A stretch of 64,000 nucleotides of DNA from Okamejei kenojei (taxonomy: Eukaryota), in the NCBI GenBank assembly GCA_035221665.1, contig CM069154.1, positions 5,704,001 through 5,768,000 of the forward strand. Direction: 5' to 3'. Each line of letters starts with the position of its first letter. Position 1 is the stretch's first letter. A program made the position numbers and the translations under genes. Shown here one piece after another: positions 39,905 to 52,300 of the stretch. Below the pieces are notes generated by a model. The model searched no databases, was not told the origin of the DNA, and saw only the letters and a program-made list of their open reading frames with translations.

Positions 39905-40716
39905 TCTTTAAGGAGGACAGGATTGGGATATGACCACGCAAGCTGTGGATACCCTCACTGGAAACCTGCTTCAGTTCAGCTTGTCTTCTGCCCAAACCTC
40001 TGCCAACCACAGTTAATCCCCCAAAGTGGAACTGTTGACAATGTGCACGCAACAGATGGCAAAACAGGATATGGGTCAATGTTGCTTACTCAATGTCACA
40101 TTGCAAAGCATTTGTTCATTCGTGAGGAAGTTTGCACACGGAACAAGTGGTTAAATCAAAGAAGAGTAAGTTGTGAACAGCGCGAATTGGAGACCGCTTC
40201 ATCGGCAAACAAGGACCTCTCTCTCTCTGGAGCCACGATGTTTTACATTCTGCTGTTTCTGACTGTGACTTCAAGTAAGTTTTTCCACTTAAAGCAAAGA
40301 TGGACAGATTCTTGATTAGCACGGGTGCCAGGAGTTATGAGGAGAAGGCAGGAGAATGGGGTCAATGGAAAGTTAGATCAGCCATGATTGAATGGCGGAA
40401 TAGACATGATGGGCCGAACAACCTATTTCTGCCCCATTAACTTATGAACTTATGGTCATGGAACCATAGCGCAGTTATATGTTAACGTGAAGATTAGGTC
40501 TTGTTATTTAAATCAGTGATGATACACTGCTGTTTAGCCAAAGGACCAGGAGCCTAGAAAGGAACCAATTAACTTTACATTTTAGCAAGAGTTAAAATGA
40601 ACTGTGACAAGAGCATGGGATTTAGCAGAGGATTTAAGAGACTTTCGGACTGGCACATGCATGTAAGAGAAAAAAGATATAAAGTGCTGGAGTAACTCAG
40701 CGGGTCAGGCAGCATC
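39905..40716 (+). repeat. Direct duplicate of the gene B promoter, leader exon and start of intron 1 (26838-27554)
   Basis: Near-identical colinear sequence offset by about 13.08 kb; similarity ends inside a Penelope-derived repeat. Confidence 0.95.
40238..40274 (+). CDS. Unit C leader exon, identical to the gene B leader
   Basis: ATG...MFYILLFLTVTS|GTAAGT; no Ig exon seen downstream. Confidence 0.65.
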
Positions 40717-41387
40717 CTGTTGTCGGTAAAATCAGTCCCAGTACTTTGAGAAGGCGTGGCTGATCACATTGCAGTCCATTGATAAATACTCCTTGGCCCT
40801 GACTAAAGTCCCTCTGTCCTTAGTACATCCAGTTTCCCTACCATTGTGAATGTCTGCCCTTATTTGCCAAAAACAAATAACTTCACACTAATCACGGTTC
40901 AATACCTGCTGGCATTGCTCTGCCCAACATACCAGTTGCTTCTCATCCCTCTGTGGTCTATGATTATCGTACTATCCAAAATGATACAATTTTGGTGTAA
41001 TCTGTAAACTCGTTAATCATACTTCCAACATTAACATCTAAGGCCTGCAGATGGGACTAGTGTAGATCAGGGCATCTTGGTCGGCGTGGGGAAATTGGGT
41101 CAAAGGACATGTTTTCGTGCTGTATGTCAGACCACCAACATGAACATCTAAGTTGTTAAGGTGTCAGCGGGTGCAGCAGCATCTAATAGGCGACGTTTCG
41201 GGTCGAGACACCATGGAACACCTCCAAGGAATGGGTGCATGTTGCGATATAAACATCTCACCAATGTCTACGCCACAACCTTGGATCACACTGAATGATT
41301 CCGTGTGCAATATGATGAAAATAAATTGTCCAGCGTTGACCTTTGATGACTCTGTGTGGAAGTAATAATATTTCCGTGGATTTCCAG

Positions 41388-41495
41388 GGACATCGTGCTG
41401 AATGTTTGCCGTGTTTGGGGTGTGTTACGCTGGGTAATCTTTGGAGTTCTGCTTCTCTTCCTGGTTTCCATCAGCTGTGTGACAACTTTTAAAAG
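41388..41495 (+). CDS. Unit C activating-type TM exon with Arg in the membrane segment
   Basis: TTTCCAG| DIVLNVCRVWGVLRWVIFGVLLLFLVSISCVTTFK |GTAAAA; phase 2 to 2, open frame. Confidence 0.75.
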
Positions 41496-41593
41496 GTAAA
41501 AGTTTGCAATCTCTTCACTCTGGTGTACACATTCAATTCAATTGGAAATGATGGGAATTTACTTTAGAATTGTAGAGATAAAATGTGGACATA

Positions 41594-43443
41594 CAGTGCC
41601 CTCCATAATGTTTGGAACAAAGACCCTTCATTTATTTATTTGCCTCTGTATTCCACAATTTGAGATTTGCAATAGAAAAAATCACGTGTGGTTTAGTGCA
41701 CATTGTCAGATTTTATTAAAGGGTATTTTTATACATTTTGTTTACACCATGTAGAAATTATAGCTGTGTTTATACATAGTCCCCCCTTTTCAGACACCAT
41801 AATGTTTGGGACACATAGCTTCACATTGTAATTGCTCAGGTGTGCTTAATGCAGGTATAAGAAAGCTCTCACCACCTAGTCTTTCCTCCAGTCTTTCCAT
41901 CACCTTTGGAAACTTTCATTGCTGTTCATCAACATGAGGACCAAATTCGTGCCGATGAAAGTCCAAGAAGCCAATATGAGACTGAGAAACAAGAATACAA
42001 CTGTTAGAGACTTCAGACAAACTTTAAGCTTGCCAAAATCAACTGTTTGGAACATCATTAACATCCAATCACCGAGCTCTATCCTCAGTCCCACCCCCTC
42101 CTACTCCTCCCTCCTCCAATTATCGAGCTGAATCATCATGTCCCGCCCCCATTGCCTGATGACCGACGTATCTCTCGTCCAATCGGCGCCCTCGATCAGC
42201 AGTCCCACCCCCAGTCTCGCGGAAAGCAGAGATTGCACCGGGTTTTAAAATCCGGATTACAAAAACTGGGGGGGATCGTCCCCCACTTCTCAAACCAGAG
42301 TGGGACGTGTCACCCTGCTGGTGAGCTTACTAATAGCAAACGGACTAGCAAGCCAAGGAAGACCACAGCTGATAACAGAGGAATTCTCTCTATAAAGAGA
42401 AAAATCTCAAACACCTAGTCCGACAGATCAGAAAGTCAGGTGTGGATTTGTCAATGACCACTGTCTGCATAAGACTTCATTAACAGAAATACAGAGGCTA
42501 CACTGCAAGATGCCAACCACTGGTTAGCCACTAAAATAGGATGTCCGGGTTACAGTTTGCCAAGAAGTACTTAAAAGGGCAACCACAGTTCTGGAAAAAG
42601 ATCTTGTGATCAGATGAGACGAAGATTAACATATCAGAGTAATGGAAAGAGCAAAGTATGGAGAAGAGAAGGAACTGCCCAAGATCCAAAGCATACCACC
42701 TCATCTGTGAAACACGGTGGTGGGGGTGTTGTGGCCTGGGCATGTACGGCTGCTGAAGGTACTGACTCACTTATCTTCATTGATGATACAACTGCTGGTG
42801 GTGGTAGCATAATGAATTCTGAAGTGTATAGACACATCCTATCTGCTCAAGTTCAAACAAATGCCTCAAAACTCATAGGCCGGCAGTTCATTCTACAGCA
42901 AGACAATGATTCCAAACATATTGCAAAAGCAACAAAGGAATTTTTCAAAGCTACAAAATGGTCAATTCTTGAGTGGCCAAGTCATTCTGAACCCAATTGA
43001 GCATGCCGTTTACATGCTGAAGAGAAAACTGAAGGTGACTCGCCCCCAAAACAAGCATAAGCTAAAGATGGCTGCAGTACAGGCCTGGCAGGGCATCACC
43101 AGAGAAGACACCCAGCAACTGGTGATGTCCACGAATCGCAGACTTCAAGCATTCATTGCATGCAAAGGATATGCAACAAAATACTAAACATGACTACTTT
43201 CATTTACATGACATTGCTGTGTCCCAAACATTATGGTGCCCTGAAATGGGGGGACAATGTACAAACACTGCTGCCATTTCTACATGGTGAAACCAAAATG
43301 TATAAAAATGGCCTTTATTAAAATCTAACAATGTGCACTTTAACCACATGTGTTTTCTTTCTATTACAATGCTCAAATTGTGGAATACAGAGACAAATAA
43401 AATAAATGATGGGTCTTTGTCCCAAACATTATGGAGGGCACTG
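41594..43443 (+). mobile_element. Tc1-like DNA transposon, degenerate, IR/DR type
   Basis: TA-CAGTGCCCTCCATAATGTTTGG termini, about 220-bp TIRs with internal direct repeats; KHGGG, QQDNDSKH and NPIE transposase motifs with frameshifts. Confidence 0.95.
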
Positions 43444-44133
43444 TAGGTCCTACATCCAACCAAGTCCGCGCCACGAGGGACAATTTACGATTATACAGAG
43501 GCCAATTAACCCACAAAACTACACGTCTTTGGTTTGTGGGAGGGAACCAGAGCACCCGGATAAAACCCAGGCTGTCACAGGCAGAACATGCAAACTCCAT
43601 ACAGACAGCACCCGTAGTCATGATCAAACCCGGGTCTCTGGCGCTGTAAGGCAGCAACTCTACCGCTGCGCCACTGTGCCGCCCTGGGTCATTTCCTCGG
43701 GTAAAATTTGATGGTAGAGATTATAAACTGCGTTGTAATTGTTATTCAAGGAAAAAAACAGCCGAGACCTTGGAGATGGGGTCGGCAGTGGTGGAGGGAG
43801 GAGAGGAACAGCGCCGGTGAGCTGGCTGGGTGGGGCTTCACCTCGCATGGAGATGGCCGTGGGAGGCGAGGGGAAAAGGATGCGTTGGTGGGTCGAGGTG
43901 TGGGGGGAGTGCGAGTGGGCTGCTGGAGGCCCTGCAGCAGCCGGTGGATCGGGTGCCGCTGGAGGTGCAAAGAGGTCGGGGACGAGCCCGCAGATCCGAC
44001 ACGGCCTGCAGCGGCATGGGGCAGCGGTGGAGGCACCGACAACATCGCCAGGCCAGGCCGAACCCTGCAACTCCAGCTTGTGCCGTACCCATGACAACAA
44101 GCCTTTAAGCATACGAGGAATTTCATTGTCCAG

Positions 44134-44182
44134 GTCAGTCATACCAATAAAAAGCATCAGATCACCCAAAAACACATTTTAA
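44134..44182 (+). CDS. Unit C candidate short tyrosine-free terminal exon
   Basis: TTTCATTGTCCAG| phase 2 gives (R)SVIPIKSIRSPKNTF*; AATAAA at 44314-44319. Confidence 0.45.
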
Positions 44183-45289
44183 CACATTTTAACACGTGAT
44201 TCAATGCCAAATTCCACCTGGCATGGTGATGTGATGAACCTCAAGACATTTCCATCACCTTTAAGGCACTGTTGAAATGCAAGTTGTTGTTGCATTATTG
44301 CAAATAATAGCTCAATAAACCTTTAGTCAGAGGGTGATGAATCTGTGGAATTCTTTGCCACAGAGGCTGTCAGTGGATATTTTTAAGTCAGAGATAGATA
44401 AATTCTTAATTAGTACAGGTGTCAGAGGTTATGGGGAGAAGGCAGGAGAATGGGGTTGGGAGGAAGAGATAGGTCAGCCGTGATTGAATGGCGGAGTAGA
44501 CTTGATGGGCCAAATGGCCTAATTCTACTACTATCACTTATGACCTTATGTCAAAATTCAGCCATCTTTTATTACATTGGATTACTTTAATAATTAATCA
44601 ATGTGCGCGTTTTACACGGCAATTCAATTGATAATAAAGTTAAACATTCACAGTCTGGAGAGCCAGCTTTGAGTTCTAGTCTACATACTGTTGTGTTTTG
44701 GGTGAATGTCAGGATGTACAGAAGTGTCTGCAAACATTGGTGCCTTTTTGAGGCAGCGACTCAGATAAATAAAAAGTTTGGAGCAGAGTTCCAGAGGTCA
44801 CCCCTCACCCTGCCACTATGTCCTACAGTGGTAGAGGACAGTCAGCACATCCTCCCCACTGACGAACAAGGAGCCTCTGTGTGGAGATAGATGATCAGAT
44901 CAATCCAGGTCATGTTCATAAGTTATAAGAGCAGGATTAGGACATTCGGCCCATCAAGTCCACTCCGCCATTCAATCATTGCTGATCTATCTTTCCCTGT
45001 CGACACCATTCTCCTGCCTACTCCCCATAACCCCTGACACCCGTACTAATCAAGAATCTATCAATCTCTGCCTTAAAAATATCCATTGACTTGGCCTCCA
45101 CATCCTTCGGTCGCAATGATTCACCACCCTCTGACTAAAGAAATTCCTTCTCATCTCCTTTCTAAAACACTATTGAATGTATGTTTCACCTCCGAGAATG
45201 TCGGATGGAGTTTTGTAAGGATCATGTATTGTATATATTTATTTTTCGAATAAAGTTTATTTTAAAATTTAAAAAAAACGGAGTCAGAG

Positions 45290-45870
45290 AGTTGTTGGTT
45301 CAAATCCCACTCCTGAAGCCCGAGGACTGATGGAGTGCGGTACTGAGGGAGCTCGCTACTGCTGGAGGTGAAGTCACTTTGCCGAGGCATTTAGCTGCTC
45401 TGCTGTCTGCTCTGTCTCAAGTCACTGAGAAAGGTCACCAGGAGATAGTTCATGTCAGAATAGTGGAGAGACTCCTTGTTCTGGGGGCAAGAGTTATCCG
45501 TACAAACCAAGATCAACAAGGCAATCTGTAGGTAGTTATCTCCCTTCCCTACAGGGAGCTAGCTGTGTGCAATTTGGCTGCACACAACACGACGACAATC
45601 ATTGATGGAAGTCTCCACTGAAACTATCGAGCGTTGAGCAATTTATCATTAGCACCTCACCCAGTACAGTGAGGCGCGTGGCTAAACATAATTCAAGGCG
45701 AGAAGTAAATAATTCTAAAGAACAGAGCATTTTATAATGGTTCACACCAGGATAGTGGAGGATCTCCTTGTTCTGGGGCAAGAGGTATCCCATCAACCAA
45801 GGACACCAAAGTAATCTGTAGGATAGTTGTTGTTTTTTAAAGGGAGCTTGTTGTGTCCAAATTAGATGCA
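45290..45870 (+). mobile_element. Tandem degenerate DeuSINE (SacSINE1/AmnSINE-like) copies
   Basis: GGTTCAAATCCCACTCC...GTACTGAGGGAG...GGAGGTG...GCTGTGTGCAATTTGGCTGC matches the Deu-domain SINE pattern as I recall it; further pieces at 46460-46790, 53060-53240 and inverted at 2030-2910. Confidence 0.55.
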
Positions 45871-46812
45871 CACGAGACTGCAAGGGCAGAAATGTAGAAA
45901 CAAGGAACTGCAGATACTGGTTTATACCAAAGATAGGCACAAAGTGTTGGAGCATCTCAGCGGGTCAAGCTGCTTCTCTGGAGAAAAAGGATGGGTAACA
46001 TTTTGGGATGGGACCCTTCAGAATGGTCCTGACATCCCAACTACCCCATTCGAGACCTTGGAGCTATCTTTAATTGGATTTTACTAGACTGTATCTTGCA
46101 CTGAACATTATTCCCTTTATCCCGTACCGGTACCCTGTGGATGGCTTGATTGTAATCGTGTACAGTGTTTTCGCTGACTGGATCGCGTAGAGCAGAAAAG
46201 CTTTTCACTCCACCTCAGTACACGTGACTATAATAGGTTAAACTAAAGAGGTTGCCACAGATTACTTGAATGCAAACATGACAAGTCATCGTGGTGCTTC
46301 CTCATTTCAGAAGCAGTTGGGTTTCACATGCTTTTTCTATGTGTGACCTGTGGTCTAGGTTCAACATTTCCAACACTGTTTCTAGCAGGAGCCCTGTGTG
46401 ACTTTACCACGCTAACCGAGCCACACCAAGGCCCAGTGCTGGGTTCTGCAGTGCAAGCTCAGTGGGTGAAAACTATTGAGTGAGTTAGAGAGATGTTGGT
46501 TCAGTTCCCACTATAGAACGCCGAGCACAGAGGGAGAGTTGTACTGAGGGAGCTCCGCATTGGAAACATAGAAGCATAGAAAATAGGCGCTGGAGTAGGC
46601 CATTCGGCCCTTCGAACCAGCACCGCCATTCAATATGATCATGGCTGATCAACCTAAATCAGTATCCAGTTCCTGCTTTCTCCCCATATCCCTTAATAGC
46701 GTTAGTCCTAAGAGCGTTATTGAAAGTTGCTGGAGGTGCTGTCACTCTGATGAGGCATTTAGCTGGCCTGCTGCTCTGCTGTCTGCTCTCTCCAGCCCGC
46801 TCTCTCTCTTCA

Positions 46813-47135
46813 GTGTGGCACGGTGGTGCAGCGGTTAGCTGCTGCCTCACAGCGCCAGAGACCCGGGTTCGATCCTGACTACGGGTGCTGTCAGTGTGGA
46901 GTTTGAACGCTCTCCCTGTGACCTCGTGGGTTTCCTCCAGGTGCTCCGGCTTCCTCCCACATCCCTAATACATGCGAGTTTGTAGGTTAAATACCTCTGC
47001 AAGATTGTCGCAAATGTGTAGGGAATGGATGAGAAAGTGGGATAACAGAACTAGTGTGTACAGGTGATCAATGGTCGGAGTGGACTCGGTGGATCAATGG
47101 TCCTGTTTCCATGCGGTATCTCTAAACCAAACTAA
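46813..47135 (+). mobile_element. HE1-type V-SINE
   Basis: A/B boxes TGGTGCAGCGG and GGTTCGATCC, core and tail. Confidence 0.85.
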
Positions 47136-47142
47136 TCAATCA

Positions 47143-47613
47143 AACGAGATTGATCCCTGGGATGGCGGGACTGTCATATGAGGAAAGATTGAAAAGACTA
47201 GGCTTGTATTCACTGGAGTTCAGAAGGATGAGGGGGGATCTTAAAGAAACATATAAAATTATAAAAGGACTGGAAAAGCTAGATGCAGGAAAATTGTTCC
47301 CAATGTTGGCTAATCCACCACAGTTTTGGAATAAAGGGGAGGCCATTTAAGACTGAGGTGAGAAAAACTTTTTCACCCAGAGAGTTGTGAATTTATGGAA
47401 TTCACTACCAGAGAGGGCAGTGGAGGCCAAATCACTGGATGGATTTAAGAGAGAGTTAGATAGAGCTTTAGGGGCTGGTGGAATCAAGGGATATGGGGAG
47501 AAGGCAGGCACGGGTTATTGATTAGGGACGATCAGCCATGATCACAATGAATGGCGGTGCTGGCTCGAAGGGACAAATGGCCTCCTCCTGCATCTATTTT
47601 CTATGTTTCTATG
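47143..47613 (+). mobile_element. CR1 LINE 3' fragment
   Basis: IPGMAGLSYEERLKRLGLYSLEFRRMRGDL plus tail. Confidence 0.88.
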
Positions 47614-49226
47614 TTAATCTTTCTCATACCCCACATGTTATCCTTGCCTGTTCCTCCATGAAAACTAGCACCGATCTGAAATAAATAGCTACATGAACCA
47701 TATTACCAGATACAGCACCCCAAGTATTGTATAAGCATTGTATAATCACTTGCTTTTAGGATAGAATTATGCCAAACAGCAGAACTGGTTTATTAACAAA
47801 CATATTTTATTGGTTAACCTAAGCTGCTCTTGTCATTAGAGGTGAGAACAGTAATTAGTGATCAATTGATATAATAACCAGATGGGTCTTTCAAAAGCAT
47901 CGTGTTATAGGAAAGATGTTGTCCAGCTAGAAAGGGTACAGAGAGGATTTATGAGGGTGTTGCCAGGATTACATGGTCTGAGTTATAGGGAGAGGTTGAG
48001 TAGGCTGGGATTCTATTCATTGGAAGCGCAGGAGGATGAGGGGTGATCTTATAGAGATGTATAAAATTACGAGAGTAATAGATCGGGTAGATGCACAGTG
48101 TCTCTTGCCTAGCAGAAGTGAATCGAGGACCAGAGGGCATAGGTGTAATGTGAAGGAGAAAAGATTCAATAGGAATCTGAGGGGTAACTTTTTCACACCA
48201 AGGGTGGTGGGTGTATGGAACAAACTGCCAGAGGAGGTAGTTGAGGTAGGGACTATCCCGACGTTTAAGAACCTGTTACAGAGGGTACTTGGATAGGACA
48301 GGTTTCAAGGGATATGGGCCTGGTGGGACTAGTGTAGCGTGCCTGGTACATGTTGGCTGGTGTGTGAAAGTTGGGCTGAAGGGCCTGTTTCCACACTGTA
48401 CCACTCTATGACTCCATGTGTATGGGAATTAGTTTGGAAAAGAGCTTCATGAAAGGATTTGAAGGCATTTCCTCTGTAAAACCAAGGTAATGGTTCTGTG
48501 TCTGAGGGTGAATCGAGAAGTTGACCCTCACTCTGGTTTAGTGCAGAGTTACCCCTTCTACTCAAGTAGTGTCACAGTACACTGATGTGAGGCATTTATC
48601 TGTTTACAACACTGACATTAGGGTGGCATAGTCGCGCAGCGGTAGAGTTGCTGCCTCACAACACCAGGTCAAACGCGGGCAAGTGGGACTAGTGGACTAG
48701 GGTGGCAAGGTGGCGCAGTGGTAGAGTTGCAGCCTCACAACGCCAGAGACCCAACTTTAATCCTGCCTACGGTTGCCGTCTGTATGAAGTTTGTACGATC
48801 CTTCTGCGACCACATAGGTTTTCTCCAGGTGCTCCGGCTTCCTCCCACATTCCAAAGATGTGCAGGAAGGAACTGCAGATGCTGGTTTACCCCGAATATA
48901 GACGCAAAATGATAGAGTAACTCAGCGGGACAGGCAGCTTGTTTGTAGGTTGATTGGCCTCTGTAAATTGTCCCTAGTCTGTAGGGTAGAACCACTGTAC
49001 AGGTGATCGTTGGTCAGTGCCGACTTGGTGGACCGACCGAAGGGCCTGTTTCCGCGCTGTATCCCTAATTTAAAAGTAAAACTAATTAACATATGGACTC
49101 TGATTCAATGCCAGGCTGTAGAAATGAAGCTATTAGCTGAGTTGAAAGGACCCATTAAAGTTAAGTACACGTTTGAAGTGTTGATAGCAGATGCACTATA
49201 ATTATAATGCAATTGTTGAGAACGGA

Positions 49227-49364
49227 TCAATTCTGGCATGAGATATTCTCCTTCTCTTCGTGGTCTGGTGTCTGATGAATATCACGGAAGGTTTCTTCTG
49301 TCTGAGTGCTGGATTTATCCGTAGTCGTGTCACTTAATTTATCTTCTTCGTCATCTCTGGAAGA
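49227..49364 (-). CDS. Gene D terminal exon, acidic and tyrosine-free
   Basis: SSRDDEEDKLSDTTTDKSSTQTEETFRDIHQTPDHEEKENISCQN*; resembles the gene B tail (ED...SSxQTE). Confidence 0.7.
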   Translation of the reverse strand, partial: SSRDDEEDKLSDTTTDKSSTQTEETFRDIHQTPDHEEKENISCQN

Positions 49365-52300
49365 CTTTCAAAGGAAGGTCAATATTTTATTGTTAAGCAG
49401 TATGTCAGCAGTCGATCTTTAAGCTAAAGCAAATTGAAATATTTTATTGTTTATAGCTTCCACCACAGAATGCTGAATATGGCTCTCTTTTAATTCTTGT
49501 CATGAACATGGGCTTGTACACTCTTGAGTTTAGAAGGATGAGAGGGGATCTCATTGAAACATATAAGATTGTTAAGGGTTTGGACACGCTGGACGCAGGA
49601 AACGTGTTCCCGATGTTGGGGGAGTCCAGCACCAGGGGCCACAGTTTAAGAATAAGGAGGAAGCCATTTAGAACAGAGACGTGGAAACACTTTTTCTCAC
49701 AGAGAGTGGTGAGTCTGTGGAATTCTCTGCCTCAGAGGGCGGTGGAGGCAGGTTCTCTGGATGCTTTCAAGAGAGAGCTAGATAGGGCTCTTAAAAATAC
49801 CGGAGTCAGGGGATATGGGGAGAAGGCAGGAACGGGGTACTGATTGGGGATGATTAGCCATGATCACATTCAATGGCGGTGCTGGCTCGAAGGGCCGAAT
49901 GGCCTACTCCTGCACTTATTGTCCATTGTCTATTGATTTAATTGGAACAATAAATGAAATGGGTTAGCTGTACATTTTGCACAAAGGACTATATTGTACT
50001 TTATGTTATTTTTTTTATGATTAGCATGGTTCAGTTAGAATTTGCCATTGAGCCATCTTTATATAGAGTCACAGAGTGATACAGTGTGGAAACAGGCCTT
50101 TCGACCCAATTTGTCCACACCAGCCGACACGTCCCAGGTACACTAGTCCCACCTGCCTGCGCTTGGTTCATATCCCTCCAAACTTAACTGTTTTTTAAAT
50201 GTTGGGATAGTCCCAGCCTCAATTACTTCCTCTGGCAGCTTGTTCCATACACTCACCACCCTTTGTGTGAAAAGGTTCAAGAGTCAAGAATGTTTTATTG
50301 TCATATGTCCCAGATAGGACAATGACATTCTTACTTGCTGCAGTAAACATAGTAATAACGGGAGAAGGTCAGTGTGTATATATACACATACACACATACT
50401 CAATAAACAAATGATTATCATGCAATAATCACTAGTTTACCTCAATAGTTACCCCTCAGATTCCTATTAAATCTTTTCCCCATCACCTTAAACCTATGTC
50501 CTCTGGGCCACAAATTCCCTTACTCTGGGCAAGAGACTCTGTACATATATTTAGATTAAAACCCAGGGCTATATTGTCCTTCTGTTTTAATGTAAATATA
50601 TGAAGAGTGATACGCTCTAACTGAACCATGCTCATCATAAAATAATATACCAAGCAGAAGCAAAGGGGATGATCTGCCTCTTTACGCCAGATCTGCCACG
50701 TGTTCTCTGGAATGCCGGAGGTTGAGGGGAGACCTATATAAGATTATGAGTGGCATTGAGATGGGAGACAGTCAGAAACATTTTCCCACCCTGGAGAGCA
50801 TTGCTTTAAGGTGTTTGGGGCAACGTTTAAAGGACATGTAAGGCCCAAGTTCACTTTTCTTTTACACAGAGGGTGGTGGGTGCCTGGTATGCACAGCTGT
50901 GTGTGATGGTGGTGGAGGCAGATTATGAAAGTGGCATTTAAGAGGCTCTTGGACAAGCACATGGATATGCAGGGATACTGATTATGTGCAGGCAGATGGG
51001 GGTTAGTCTCGCTATCATGGTCAGTACAGGGGCGGCACGGTGGCGCAGCGGTAGATTTGTTGCCTTACAGCGCCTGTGACCCGGGTTTGATCCTGACTAC
51101 GGGTGCTGTCTGTATGGAGTTTGTATGTTCTTCCTGTGACCCGCGTGGGTTATCGCTGGGAGCTACGGTTTCCTCCCGCACTCCACAGACGTACAGGTTT
51201 GTACGCTAATTGGCTTTGTGAAATTGTAAATTGTCCTGGTGTGTGTAGGATAGTGTAAGTGTGCGGGGATCGCTGGTCGGCGCGAACTCGGTGGGCCGAA
51301 GGGCCTGTTTCTATACTGTATCTTTAAAATAAACAAAACTAAATTACAGACATTGTGGGCCGAAGGGCCTGTTCCTGTACCGTACTGTTCTGTAATCTGT
51401 ATTTTTAATCTTATACGCCAACTCCATCTAATCCCCATAACCCTTGGACACTCACATGCGCCCAGATTGTACTTGGTGTTTCGTGGATTATGTGGAGGGA
51501 TATTATAGAGAACACACCGCATAAATAAATATCCAAGAGATAGCATAGAGACACATTCTATTAATGATCAGACATCAGATGTGAATTCCTTACCACAGAA
51601 TTGCAGACTGCATTATATTCTTCCTCTTTGTAACTGATTCCTTTCCCCCCTGAGGATGATAAAGAAATAGGTTGCAATAATATGACTAAAAATTAATACT
51701 GTAAATCCGTTGCAGTACATATTTAAGGAATAGTTGTCTGCAGTGTGTTTTGACATTTGCAATAGACAAGTCGACTGAAACGTAATCTTTTACTTCAAAG
51801 CAGCACAGTGGCGCAGCGGTAGAGTTGCTGCTTTACAGCGCCAGAGACACCGGTTCGATCCTCATTACGGGTGCTGTCTGTACGGAGTTAGCACGTTCTC
51901 CCCGTGACCTGCGTGGATTTTCTCCGGGTGCTCTGGTTTCCTGCCACACTCCAAAGACGTGCAGGTTTGTACGTTAATTGGCTTCTGGAAATTGTCGCAA
52001 GTGTGTAGGATGGAACTAGTGTAGGGGGTATTGCTGGTTGGTGAGGACCCGGTGGGCTGAAAGGACCTGTTAGAAACATAGAAACATAGAAAATAGGTGC
52101 AGGAGTAGGCCATTAGGCCTTTCGAGCCTGCACCGCCACTCAATATGATCATGGCTGATCATTCAACTCAATGTCCTGTACCTGCCGTCTCTCCATACCC
52201 CCTGATCCCTTTAGCCACAAGGGCCACATCTAACTCCCTCTTAAATATAGCCAATGAACTGGCCTCAACTACCTCTATGGCAGAGAATTCATGTGAAAAA

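Noticed and set aside
39923-40315. 130-aa ORF ending in the leader peptide
   Set aside because: The equivalent frame in the first copy has a stop at 27070, so only the 37-nt leader exon is supported.
43660-44126. Overlapping long ORFs in all six frames
   Set aside because: GC-rich repeat lacking stop codons (also present at 1-91); no domain signature.
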